DNA of 54,240 bases from Kiritimatiellia bacterium (GTDB lineage: Bacteria; Verrucomicrobiota; Kiritimatiellia; RFP12; JAVBOU01). The position numbers were made by a program, and so were the translations under genes. Under the pieces are notes generated by a model. The model saw only the letters and a program-made list of their open reading frames with translations, did no database searches and had not been told where the DNA came from. The stretch spans positions 1 to 54,240 of the forward strand of contig JAVBOU010000141.1 in the NCBI GenBank assembly GCA_031550185.1, given 5' to 3'. Within the stretch, counting starts at the first letter, position 1. Every line of letters begins with the position of its first letter. Positions 37,977-46,679 of the stretch are shown here, one piece after another.

Positions 37977-40553
37977 ATGACGTACGAAGGCAGGCAGACG
38001 GCGGAGATTTCGTTTCCACTGGGTGGAATCGGCACGGGCAGCATCGGACTGGCGGGCAACGGCGGGCTGATCGACTGGGAGATTTTCAACGCGCCGAACA
38101 AGGGTTCGCTCAACGGCTTTTCGCATTTCGCGTTGCGCACCGAATGCGCGGGCAAGGTGCGCGACGTGCGCGTCCTGAACGGCGATTTACCGCCGCCGTA
38201 TGTGGGGACGCTGGCCTATCGCGAACGGCTTTTTGTGGGTTACGGCTGGGGTCCGCGCTCGGAGACGATGTCGGGGCTGCCGCATTTTCGCGATCATGTT
38301 TTTAACGGCGAGTTTCCGGTCGCCAGGCTTTCGCTGTCGGATCCGGACGCGCCGGTGAAAGTTGAATTGATGGCGTGGAGCCCGTTCATTCCGAGCAACG
38401 CGGATGATTCGAGCCGGCCGCTGGCGGTCTTTGAAATCACGGTTGAAAATCACGCGGGCGAGCGGTGCGATTATGCGCTGGCGGGCGTGCTGGCAAATCC
38501 ATACAACACGCTGTCCGCGTCAAACGCGGTGCAGCGCAACGGCCGGCTGACACAACTGGTGCTGACGCGCGGCGGCGACGCGACGGCCTTTGAATACGGC
38601 GAGCTGGCATTGACGACGGACGCGGAACGCTGCTCGCATCAGGAATATTTTTACCGCGGCGTATGGTGCGACGCGCTGGAGTCGTATTACCACGATTTGT
38701 CACAGCCGGGCGAATTCAAACACCGCCATTACGCGGAGCGACGCGAGGGATTGGGCGCGGACACGGGGTTGCTTGCCGCGCACTTCAGCCTGGACCCGGG
38801 CGAGCGCAAAACCACGCGTTTCATCATCTCGTGGCACGTCCCCAACCGCCGCCACGAGGCGACGTGGCAGGAGAAGGAGATGTGCGCGGACGGGTTTGTG
38901 AACCGCTGGAAAAATTTTTACGCGTCGCTCCAAAGTTCGGCGGCGGACGGCGCGCGCTACGCGCTGGACCACTTCGACCGCCTGCGCCGCGACACGCTGG
39001 CCTTTCGCGACGCGCTGTTTGCGTCGACGTTGCCGGCGTCGGTGCTGGACGGCGTGTCGGCAAACCTCGCGGTGCTGCGAAGCCCGGTGACGCTGCGTTT
39101 GGAGGACGGCACGTTTTACGCCTGGGAGGGCGCGGGCAACACGCAGGGCAGTTGCGAGGGCAGCTGCTCGCACGTCTGGAACTACGCGCAGGCATTGGCG
39201 TTTCTCTTCCCCGAGCTCGAGCGCTCGATGCGCGACGCGCAGTACCTTTACAACGTCGACGAGCATGGCGGCGCGCATTTCCGGGTGAAACTTCCGCTTG
39301 GTCGAAAGGCAAAAATTTCCGATCAGCGCCCGTGCGTCGACGGACAGTTTGGCGAGGCGATGAAGAGCTATCGCGAGTGGAAACTCTCGGGCCGCACAGA
39401 CTGGCTCATGCGCGTTTATCCGGCGATCAAACGGACGATCGAATACGCGTGGAGCGACAAAAATTACGACCGCTGGGATCCGGAGCAGAGCGGCGTCATC
39501 CGTGGTCGCCAGCATCACACGCTCGACATCGAATTTTTCGGGCCCAGCGGCTTTCTCAACGCCCATTACCTCGGCGCGCTCAAGGCCGTCGCTGAAATGG
39601 CCGACGTGCTCGGCGACGCGCATTTCGCACAAACCTGCCGCGATATTTTTGCGCGGGGCAAAGCGTGGACCGACCAGCATCTCTTCAACGGCGAGTGCTA
39701 CTTTCACGACGTCGATGTCACCGACCGCTCGCTCCTCGACGGCTTCACCGATCATGGCGACGCGCGCGACTATTACTGGGACGAGGAACACGGCCAAATC
39801 AAATACCAGTTTGGTAAAAGCGGCCGCGCCATCGACGCGCCGCTCGCGCAACTCTACGCCAGTCTTTACGGCATCGGTGAGGTGCTCGACGCGAAACAGG
39901 TGCGAACAAACCTCCAAACCCTTTTCGATAAAAACTTCCTCTCCATGCGCGACGTCGCGAACACATGGCGCATTTTTGGACTCAACGATGAGAAGGGCGT
40001 ATTGCTTTGCACCTGGCCCGACGCGGCGTCACGGCCTGTGATTCCCACCTGCTATTCCTCCGAAATTTTCACCGGACAGGAATGGTCCTTCGCCGCGCAC
40101 CTCGCGCTTTTCGGCGAACTCCAAAAGGCGAAGGACGTGGCCGACGCCATCCGCTTCCGTTACGACGGCGAACGCCGCAATCCGTGGAGCGAAATCGAGT
40201 GTGGCAGCAACTACGCCCGCAGCCTTGCATCGTATGGCATGCTCATCGCATGGAGCGGTTTCGCGTTCGACCTGACGCGCGGCATGATCGGCTTTGCGCC
40301 ACGCACCACGGGCGACTTCCGTTTCTTCTGGAGCGTCGACGGCGCATGGGGCGAGTTTGAGCGCGTTGGATTTTTCTGCACCTTGCGCGTCCTGTACGGC
40401 ACCCTCAACCTCCAAACCCTTGCCGTCAAAGGCGCATGGAAAACCGCGGAACTCAATGCCACTCCCCTCCCCTTCCAGACCGATGGCAGCCACATTTCCT
40501 TTAATGTCCCCGTCGCCCTCTCCGCTGGCGCCGAACTGGTCATCGGGGATTAA
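37977..40553 (+). CDS. Glycoside hydrolase family 116 (GBA2-like)
   Basis: Start reassigned to 37977; FPLGGIGTGSI, FYAWEG, CEGSCSHVWNYAQ, QHHTLDIE, RYDGERRNPWSEIECGSNYAR. Confidence 0.9.
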   Translation: MTYEGRQTAEISFPLGGIGTGSIGLAGNGGLIDWEIFNAPNKGSLNGFSHFALRTECAGKVRDVRVLNGDLPPPYVGTLAYRERLFVGYGWGPRSETMSGLPHFRDHVFNGEFPVARLSLSDPDAPVKVELMAWSPFIPSNADDSSRPLAVFEITVENHAGERCDYALAGVLANPYNTLSASNAVQRNGRLTQLVLTRGGDATAFEYGELALTTDAERCSHQEYFYRGVWCDALESYYHDLSQPGEFKHRHYAERREGLGADTGLLAAHFSLDPGERKTTRFIISWHVPNRRHEATWQEKEMCADGFVNRWKNFYASLQSSAADGARYALDHFDRLRRDTLAFRDALFASTLPASVLDGVSANLAVLRSPVTLRLEDGTFYAWEGAGNTQGSCEGSCSHVWNYAQALAFLFPELERSMRDAQYLYNVDEHGGAHFRVKLPLGRKAKISDQRPCVDGQFGEAMKSYREWKLSGRTDWLMRVYPAIKRTIEYAWSDKNYDRWDPEQSGVIRGRQHHTLDIEFFGPSGFLNAHYLGALKAVAEMADVLGDAHFAQTCRDIFARGKAWTDQHLFNGECYFHDVDVTDRSLLDGFTDHGDARDYYWDEEHGQIKYQFGKSGRAIDAPLAQLYASLYGIGEVLDAKQVRTNLQTLFDKNFLSMRDVANTWRIFGLNDEKGVLLCTWPDAASRPVIPTCYSSEIFTGQEWSFAAHLALFGELQKAKDVADAIRFRYDGERRNPWSEIECGSNYARSLASYGMLIAWSGFAFDLTRGMIGFAPRTTGDFRFFWSVDGAWGEFERVGFFCTLRVLYGTLNLQTLAVKGAWKTAELNATPLPFQTDGSHISFNVPVALSAGAELVIGD

Positions 40554-40627
40554 CAGCATTTGCAAAACGTTCGGTTGCAACGACAAAAGCCTGGGCTTTC
40601 CTTGTTTTTCGTTTTGTTGCAACGTAC

Positions 40628-40656
40628 TTGACAATATGGTATGAGGGCGATAGGCT
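40628..40656 (+). promoter_or_regulatory. Putative sigma70 promoter of the membrane protein cassette
   Basis: TTGACA-17 nt-TAGGCT. Confidence 0.55.
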
Positions 40657-40707
40657 GTATGTCGTGCATGGCCTTTGTGTTGGTGATGCGCTCATGCCAA
40701 GGAGAAT

Positions 40708-41076
40708 GTGATGCCATTTTGTTCATATTGCGGTTCAGTGCTCACGGCCACGGGCACCTGTCAAAGATGCAACGTGCCGCCGATTACGGCACCGGCGCCC
40801 GGCGATGACGCGGCCATTCGAATGTTGTTGCCGGTTGGACGATCGGGTTGGGCCATCGCGTCGGGTTATCTGGCACTTTTTTCGGTTCTGCCGATTTTTG
40901 CGCCATTTGCCTTGATTACGGGCATTTTGGCGTTGCGGGACATCAAGAAGCATCCGAAAAAACATGGCAAAGGACGCGCGTGGTTCGGAATCATCATGGG
41001 TGGATTTATTTCAGCATTGATCGTGATCGTACTCATCCTGTCGCTTTTCGCCGCTTCTCGTGTAAGCTCGCATTAG
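40708..41076 (+). CDS. Zinc-ribbon + DUF4190-type two-TM membrane protein
   Basis: CxxC..CxxC; AIASGYL...ALITGILALRDIKK...GKGRAWFGIIMG; AAGGAG RBS. Confidence 0.75.
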   Translation: MMPFCSYCGSVLTATGTCQRCNVPPITAPAPGDDAAIRMLLPVGRSGWAIASGYLALFSVLPIFAPFALITGILALRDIKKHPKKHGKGRAWFGIIMGGFISALIVIVLILSLFAASRVSSH

Positions 41077-41085
41077 GAGGTGAAC

Positions 41086-41421
41086 ATGTTTTGCAGAAAT
41101 TGTGGAAGTGAAATCGACGACGGAGCAATGGCGTGCATGCGGTGCGGGACGCCGGTGACGCCGGGTCCGCCCGTGACGCAAGTTCCCAACCATCTTGTCG
41201 GCGCAATTTTGTGCACGATTTTTTGCTGCCAAATTTTTGGCATTGTTTCGATCGTGTATGCGGCGCAGGTCAACGGACGACTCGCGGCGGGAGATGTGCA
41301 GGGCGCGATGGATCTTTCCAAAAAGGCGGAAACCTGGATGTGGTGGGGAGTTTGGTTGAGTGTGGCGGTTAATCTGATTGTGCTTGCCGCGGCTATGATG
41401 AAGCATGCGAGGACGTTCTAA
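41086..41421 (+). CDS. Zinc-ribbon + CD225/dispanin family membrane protein
   Basis: MFCRNCG..CMRCG; PNHLVGAILCTIFCCQIFGIVSIVYAAQV...GDVQGAMDLSKKA; AGGAGG RBS. Confidence 0.85.
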   Translation: MFCRNCGSEIDDGAMACMRCGTPVTPGPPVTQVPNHLVGAILCTIFCCQIFGIVSIVYAAQVNGRLAAGDVQGAMDLSKKAETWMWWGVWLSVAVNLIVLAAAMMKHARTF

Positions 41422-41752
41422 TTTTTTTCTGGGCGCAGGGCTTGTAATTTTTCTGGCCGCTGTCGCGTTGTTGTATGTGTTCGATCCTGAGCGCCACGGA
41501 TTTTATCCGCGGTGTCCGCTGTATGTGGTCACCGAATGGCAATGCGCGGGTTGCGGCACGTTGCGGGCGGCGCACCGTGTGTTGCATGGCGACATTCAAG
41601 GGGCGATGGCGTTTAATCCGATTCTTGGAGTCGCGGTACCGCTGGTGTTATTGCTGGCGCTAAAACCCGCGCTGGCGTACAACCGTTTTGTGGGATGGGG
41701 CGTTGTCGTGGTCGTCGTGCTCTACTCTGTATGGCGGAACGTGGGAATCTGA
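41405..41752 (+). CDS. DUF2752 family membrane protein
   Basis: CPLYVVTEWQCAGCGTLRA..VLHGD..A..FNP; C-terminal WRN. Confidence 0.8.
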   Translation: MRGRSNFFLGAGLVIFLAAVALLYVFDPERHGFYPRCPLYVVTEWQCAGCGTLRAAHRVLHGDIQGAMAFNPILGVAVPLVLLLALKPALAYNRFVGWGVVVVVVLYSVWRNVGI

Positions 41753-41770
41753 GCGTAAGACAATGGCATT

Positions 41771-41817
41771 TTATCGTTGTCAACCGGTTGACACGATAAT
41801 TTTAAAAATGCTATCAT
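41771..41817 (+). promoter_or_regulatory. LacI-type operator overlapping the -35 of the lacI-family promoter
   Basis: Perfect 16-bp palindrome TGTCAACCGGTTGACA (41778-41793) extended by TTATCG/CGATAA; TTGACA-18 nt-TATCAT with TG extension. Confidence 0.75.
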
Positions 41818-41849
41818 CTTGATGTCATTTGAAAGGCGGAGTCTTTGTC

Positions 41850-42875
41850 ATGGTTCGTATTTCCGACATAGCGGATGCGCTCGACGTGTCGCGGTCGCTG
41901 GTTTCAAAAGTGCTCAGCGGGCGGATGGGCAGGAGTTCGGTGAGGCCGGAGCTGGCGGAGCGCATTCACGCGCAAGCCAGGGAAATGGGGTATGTGCCGA
42001 ACGCGACGGCCAGGGCGTTGTTCACGGGGCGGCAGAATGTGGTGGGTGTTTTTATTTCGCACCACGGGCAGCCGGGGAGCGGATTGGTGGAGGCGTTTCT
42101 GGATGGTGTGTCGAGTGAATTTGCCAAAACGCATCAGCGGATGTTGTTGCAATTTTTTCACGACGAGCCGGATTTCGAAGGGTGCCTGAGCGTGGCGAAC
42201 CGCAATGTGGTGGACGGCGTCATCGTGGCGGGTGCGCCGTACTTTGATCTCGCGCCGAAGCTGAATGAAATTTTGAGGCGGAAGGTTCCGGTGGCGACGA
42301 TGTTCAGCCGGTCGGTTGCGGCGCGGATTCCGAACGCGGGTGTGAATCAAATGGAGGTGGGATTGTTCGCGACGCGGCATTTGGTGGAGCGGGGTTGCCG
42401 GCGTCCGCTTTTCATCAAGGCGCCGCACAAGGACGGGCGCATGCGTTTCGAGGGATATCAGGCGGCGCTGAAAGAGGCCGGGTTGCCATTTCGCGCGGAG
42501 CTGGTATGCGCGCGCAAGACGTATGAGACGGCGCATTTGACGGAGAAGATGGAGGCGGTGTTGAAGTCAGGCGTGAAGTTTGACGGCGTGGTGGCGGAGT
42601 CGGACCGGCAGTCGGCGACAATGCTTCGGATGTTGTCGGACGCGGGTCTTCGGGTGCCGGAGGAGGTCAAGGTGATCGGCGTGGACAATTCACCGGTGTG
42701 CGAGTTCAGCACGGTGCGGCTGAGCTCGGTGTCAGGGCAGGATCGCCGCCGGGCTGTGATGGCGGTACGGCTGTTGAATGCATTGATTGAAGGCGGCGGC
42801 GCGAAGGAGCTCGTGCTGTCGCCAATGGTGGTGGCGCGGGAGTCGACCGTGTGCAATGGCAACGTGCGACAATGA
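41850..42875 (+). CDS. LacI family transcriptional regulator
   Basis: VRISDIADALDVSRSLVSKVLSG HTH; MGYVPNATARAL hinge; GLRVPEEVKVIGVDN; VVAREST. Confidence 0.92.
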   Translation: MVRISDIADALDVSRSLVSKVLSGRMGRSSVRPELAERIHAQAREMGYVPNATARALFTGRQNVVGVFISHHGQPGSGLVEAFLDGVSSEFAKTHQRMLLQFFHDEPDFEGCLSVANRNVVDGVIVAGAPYFDLAPKLNEILRRKVPVATMFSRSVAARIPNAGVNQMEVGLFATRHLVERGCRRPLFIKAPHKDGRMRFEGYQAALKEAGLPFRAELVCARKTYETAHLTEKMEAVLKSGVKFDGVVAESDRQSATMLRMLSDAGLRVPEEVKVIGVDNSPVCEFSTVRLSSVSGQDRRRAVMAVRLLNALIEGGGAKELVLSPMVVARESTVCNGNVRQ

Positions 42876-45800
42876 GGTACGGGATGACAAGAAGACCATT
42901 TTTTTTGCATCGGATGATCGCGTGCGCGGCGATGACGCTTGCGTACGGGTTGGGATTTTCGGTGACGCTTGACAAGGGCTGGTACACGGTGACCATGCCG
43001 GCCGAGGTGATGCCGGGACAGGAGTTTGAAATTTCCATCACCATCAAACCCGACGCCGGCGACGTGCTGAAGGGCGTGCAACTGGCGAACCATTTGCAAT
43101 GGGCGAAGAACAAGGACGAGTACGGCGGATTCCTCGCGTGGCAGGCCGCGCGTGATGTGAAGGCCGGGCAGGCGTATGTGTTTAAGCACAACCCGAAACT
43201 GGACGTGTCGAAGATGACGGGCGTGCAGCCGATCGTGTTCCTCGCGCCGGGCGGCGATTTTGAAAAACGCACGAAGTTTGACGTGCTGCCGGTGATTCCG
43301 ATCAAGGTGGACGCGGCGGCTTTGGCCAAACAGGAGGCTGAGGAAAAACGCCAGGCCGCGCGCGCCAGGCCGGCAACGGCGACGTTGAAAAAAAGTTTCA
43401 TTCACATCGTGCCAAACGCGCAGGAGGTGACAAAAGGCGACACGTTTGAGATGACCGTGGAGTATGGCCTCGACACGTCGGACAACTGGGCGGAAGGCAC
43501 GCGGTTGGAGATCGTGCCGCTCGGTCCGTGGGTGGACAACCCCGACGGCATTTACACGAAAACGCGCCAGCATTACGGCTATCCAGGGCTCCACACGCAG
43601 AGCGCGCCGGTTGCGCCGGGCCGTGGCAGCAAGACGTTTCGCTACACGCTCGGCGCCACGTTTCGTTACAACGAAATCCAGTGGATGGCGTATTTCAAGG
43701 GCGGCGACGGTAAAAACTGGCCGTGGAGCGTGCGCGCCAGCGGACCGAAAATCATGCGATTTGTCGACGGATTCGATTTAACCGTGCCAGCGGAAGGCGG
43801 ACTTTTTACGTACGCCGAAAAACCTCGGGTTGACATGGTGTGGGGCGAACATCGCGCCAGGGGATCGCAGGTCGAGGCAACGTTTCGCATTGTCAACACC
43901 GCGGGAAAAACCGTGGCCGCATTCACGCAAAACGTGACGGTTGGCGCAAAGGGAACGACCACGCCGATCGCGCTTCCCGAACTCACCGAGCGTGGCGTGA
44001 TGCTGCTCCTTGCCACGATTGACAAGGACACGCGCGACGCGTTTTTCGCCCGCATTCCCGGCGTCGCCGCGAAGGCCACGCCTTTTGGTGTGACGAACGT
44101 GAATACGCCGGAACTCGCGCGCGTGGCACGCAAACTCGGCGCCACGTATTGCCGCCACTTCACCAACTGGAACACCCTCGAACCGCTCGCCGGCCAATGG
44201 TTTTTTGACGAGCTGGACGCGCGCGTCGCGTCGAACAACGCCGCCGGTATCGAGCCGTGGATTTGCCTCGTGACGCCGCCCGCGTGGGTGATGGCGCCGG
44301 ATGCGTATGGCGCAGGTTACGAGCCCTTCACGTTCGACGCCGCCGCATGGCAGCGCACCGCCGCCACGCTCGCGACGCGCTACAAGGGCCGCGTCTGGGG
44401 CTTCGAGTGGCTCAACGAAATCGTCCCCGGCAACAAGGCCGCCGACCCTGTGCGCGAGTACCTCGATTTCTGCCGCATCGGCACCGCCGCGATCCGCAAG
44501 GTCGATCCGAAACTAAAGGTGCAGCTCGCGGGCGGACTCTGGCCGCGCAACTTCCGCACCGATCTGCTCAACAGCGGCGTGGCGGATTTCATCGACGTGC
44601 TGCCCATTCATTATGCGGGCGAGTCCGGCGTCCGCGAGGCGCGTCACGACATGACCGCGGTTGGCAAGCCCGGCATCGCCGTCTGGGACAATGAAACCGC
44701 GCGCGGCCTCTCCGTCTGGAACATGCCGCCAGAGGAAAACATCGTCCGCAGCGTCATGCAGTCCAAATGGATCATGCGCCAGTGGCCCGCCGAACTTGTC
44801 GCCGGCGCCGGCGCGGTCGTCTACTTCGGCGGCCACACCGCCGCGGCCGGCAACTGGACGTATCTGCTCGACGACACCACGCCGCGCCCCGTCGCCGCGA
44901 CCTTCGCCGTGATCGCCTCCAAAATCGGCCTTGCCAAACCCATTGCGACCGCTTATGTCGGCGACGCGGTGTTGTATATTTTTGAAAAAGACGGGCGCGG
45001 TCTTGCAGTCGCTTCCACGGTCACGGATGCGGACAACGCGACCACCACGCTCGACCTCCCCGCCGGCGCGCCGTCAATCCTGCTCACCGACCACCAGGGC
45101 AACGAGCGCCGCCTTGCCACCGCGGACAACACGCTCTCCGTCACGCTCAACGCCATGCCCGTTTTTCTCGAAGGCTTCGATCTCGCCACGCTCGCGGTCA
45201 ACGCCGGCGTGCAACTCGGCACACAGGGCGCCACCGCAAAACCCGCACTCACCGCTGTTGCCGGTTCCGCCGCCAGCGTCATCACGTTGCGCGTCGTCAA
45301 TCCGCTCGCGCGTCCGGTCAAAGGCGCGCTCAACGTCACGCTCGGCGCTGACAACACGCTTCCCGTCACGTCTTTCGATCTCGCGCCCAACAGCGATGCG
45401 CTCATCAACTTGTCGCTTGCCGCCGTGAAGAATGCCGCACCCACGCTCAACGGCACGCTCAAACTCACATGGACGTCGCCCGCCGCAGTCTCCTGCACGA
45501 AGCCCTTCACGCTCACACTCATTGACCCCAAGTCTCTCGGCAACCTGCTCAAAAACGGCGGCATGGAAAACGGCGCCGGCGGCAAGCCCGCGGATTGGAG
45601 CGGCGATGTCGAACGCGTCGATCTCGCCTCGCTCGGTCGCGGCCCGGGTTTTGAAGGCCACGCCGCGCGTTTCTCCGGCACGAAAAGCGCCAACTACCAG
45701 CACATGAACCAGAGCGTCACGCCACCCGCTCCAGGTCGCAAATACCTTTACACCGCATGGGTCTGGAACAACGACATGCAGGCCGGCAGCAACCTCTCAA

Positions 45801-46645
45801 TCGATGACAAAACTTTTTTCATCCCGCAGGTCTTCGACGCCGGCAACACCACTCCATTCTGGCGCCTCCTCTCACACGTCCGCGACACGCCGCCCGCCGC
45901 AAAATCCATGAGCTTCACGCCCGTTGTCCGCGGCAACGGCTGGGCCATGTACGACAACCTCCGCGTCACGCTCTACGACAACACCCTCTTCGCCACCGAA
46001 GCCGCCCGCAGCAAATCGCCGCCCGTCATCAACGGCGATCTCAGCGATTGGGATTTCACCGATCCCATTCCACTCCTCTGCGACAACCAGCTCACCGCGC
46101 CCGACGGCTACACCTGGTCGCCCGCCAACCTCTCCGGCGTTGTCAAATTCACATGGGACGACCAGGCCCTTTACTTCGCCGCCAAAGTGCGCGACGACAC
46201 GCACGTCGCCAACGCCACCGGCGAGGAAACCAACCGCGGCGACAGTCTCGTCATCGCCCTCCATCCCGGCAACCGCGTGGAGGGCGCCGACGCCCGCGCC
46301 TTCGCATGGCTCGTCAGCGCGACCACGCCCGGCGGCGGCAGCGGCAGGCACACCCTCTACCGTCCGCCCGCGCGCAGCGGCGGCCTGCCCTCCGGCCAGC
46401 TCGCCAAGGACTCCTCCGTCTACGAGCTCGCCATCCGGCGCAACGCCGACATCACCACCTACGAACTCCGCATTCCCTGGTCCGAAACCGGCGGCCTCAC
46501 GCCCTCCCCCGGCGTCACCGCCGGCCTCTCGCTGCAGCTTTTCGACGCCGACGGCGCGGGCGTCCCGGCGGTCATGACCTGGGGCGGCGGCCTGCGTCCG
46601 GCCTGGAGTCCCACGGGCTTCGGCACGCTCACCCTCACCGATTAG
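42872..46645 (+). CDS. Secreted multidomain clan GH-A hydrolase-like protein with CBM-like and CBM9-like domains
   Basis: Start uncertain (42872 overlapping the lacI stop, or 42884); signal-like N-terminus; WNTLEP, FEWLNEI, LPIHY, VWDNET; NLLKNGGME CBM4/9-like domain; INGDLSDW..WDDQALYFAAKVRDD. Confidence 0.72.
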   Translation: MRYGMTRRPFFLHRMIACAAMTLAYGLGFSVTLDKGWYTVTMPAEVMPGQEFEISITIKPDAGDVLKGVQLANHLQWAKNKDEYGGFLAWQAARDVKAGQAYVFKHNPKLDVSKMTGVQPIVFLAPGGDFEKRTKFDVLPVIPIKVDAAALAKQEAEEKRQAARARPATATLKKSFIHIVPNAQEVTKGDTFEMTVEYGLDTSDNWAEGTRLEIVPLGPWVDNPDGIYTKTRQHYGYPGLHTQSAPVAPGRGSKTFRYTLGATFRYNEIQWMAYFKGGDGKNWPWSVRASGPKIMRFVDGFDLTVPAEGGLFTYAEKPRVDMVWGEHRARGSQVEATFRIVNTAGKTVAAFTQNVTVGAKGTTTPIALPELTERGVMLLLATIDKDTRDAFFARIPGVAAKATPFGVTNVNTPELARVARKLGATYCRHFTNWNTLEPLAGQWFFDELDARVASNNAAGIEPWICLVTPPAWVMAPDAYGAGYEPFTFDAAAWQRTAATLATRYKGRVWGFEWLNEIVPGNKAADPVREYLDFCRIGTAAIRKVDPKLKVQLAGGLWPRNFRTDLLNSGVADFIDVLPIHYAGESGVREARHDMTAVGKPGIAVWDNETARGLSVWNMPPEENIVRSVMQSKWIMRQWPAELVAGAGAVVYFGGHTAAAGNWTYLLDDTTPRPVAATFAVIASKIGLAKPIATAYVGDAVLYIFEKDGRGLAVASTVTDADNATTTLDLPAGAPSILLTDHQGNERRLATADNTLSVTLNAMPVFLEGFDLATLAVNAGVQLGTQGATAKPALTAVAGSAASVITLRVVNPLARPVKGALNVTLGADNTLPVTSFDLAPNSDALINLSLAAVKNAAPTLNGTLKLTWTSPAAVSCTKPFTLTLIDPKSLGNLLKNGGMENGAGGKPADWSGDVERVDLASLGRGPGFEGHAARFSGTKSANYQHMNQSVTPPAPGRKYLYTAWVWNNDMQAGSNLSIDDKTFFIPQVFDAGNTTPFWRLLSHVRDTPPAAKSMSFTPVVRGNGWAMYDNLRVTLYDNTLFATEAARSKSPPVINGDLSDWDFTDPIPLLCDNQLTAPDGYTWSPANLSGVVKFTWDDQALYFAAKVRDDTHVANATGEETNRGDSLVIALHPGNRVEGADARAFAWLVSATTPGGGSGRHTLYRPPARSGGLPSGQLAKDSSVYELAIRRNADITTYELRIPWSETGGLTPSPGVTAGLSLQLFDADGAGVPAVMTWGGGLRPAWSPTGFGTLTLTD

Positions 46646-46679
46646 CAACCTCTCATCCACACCTCGAAGGAGTATTCAT

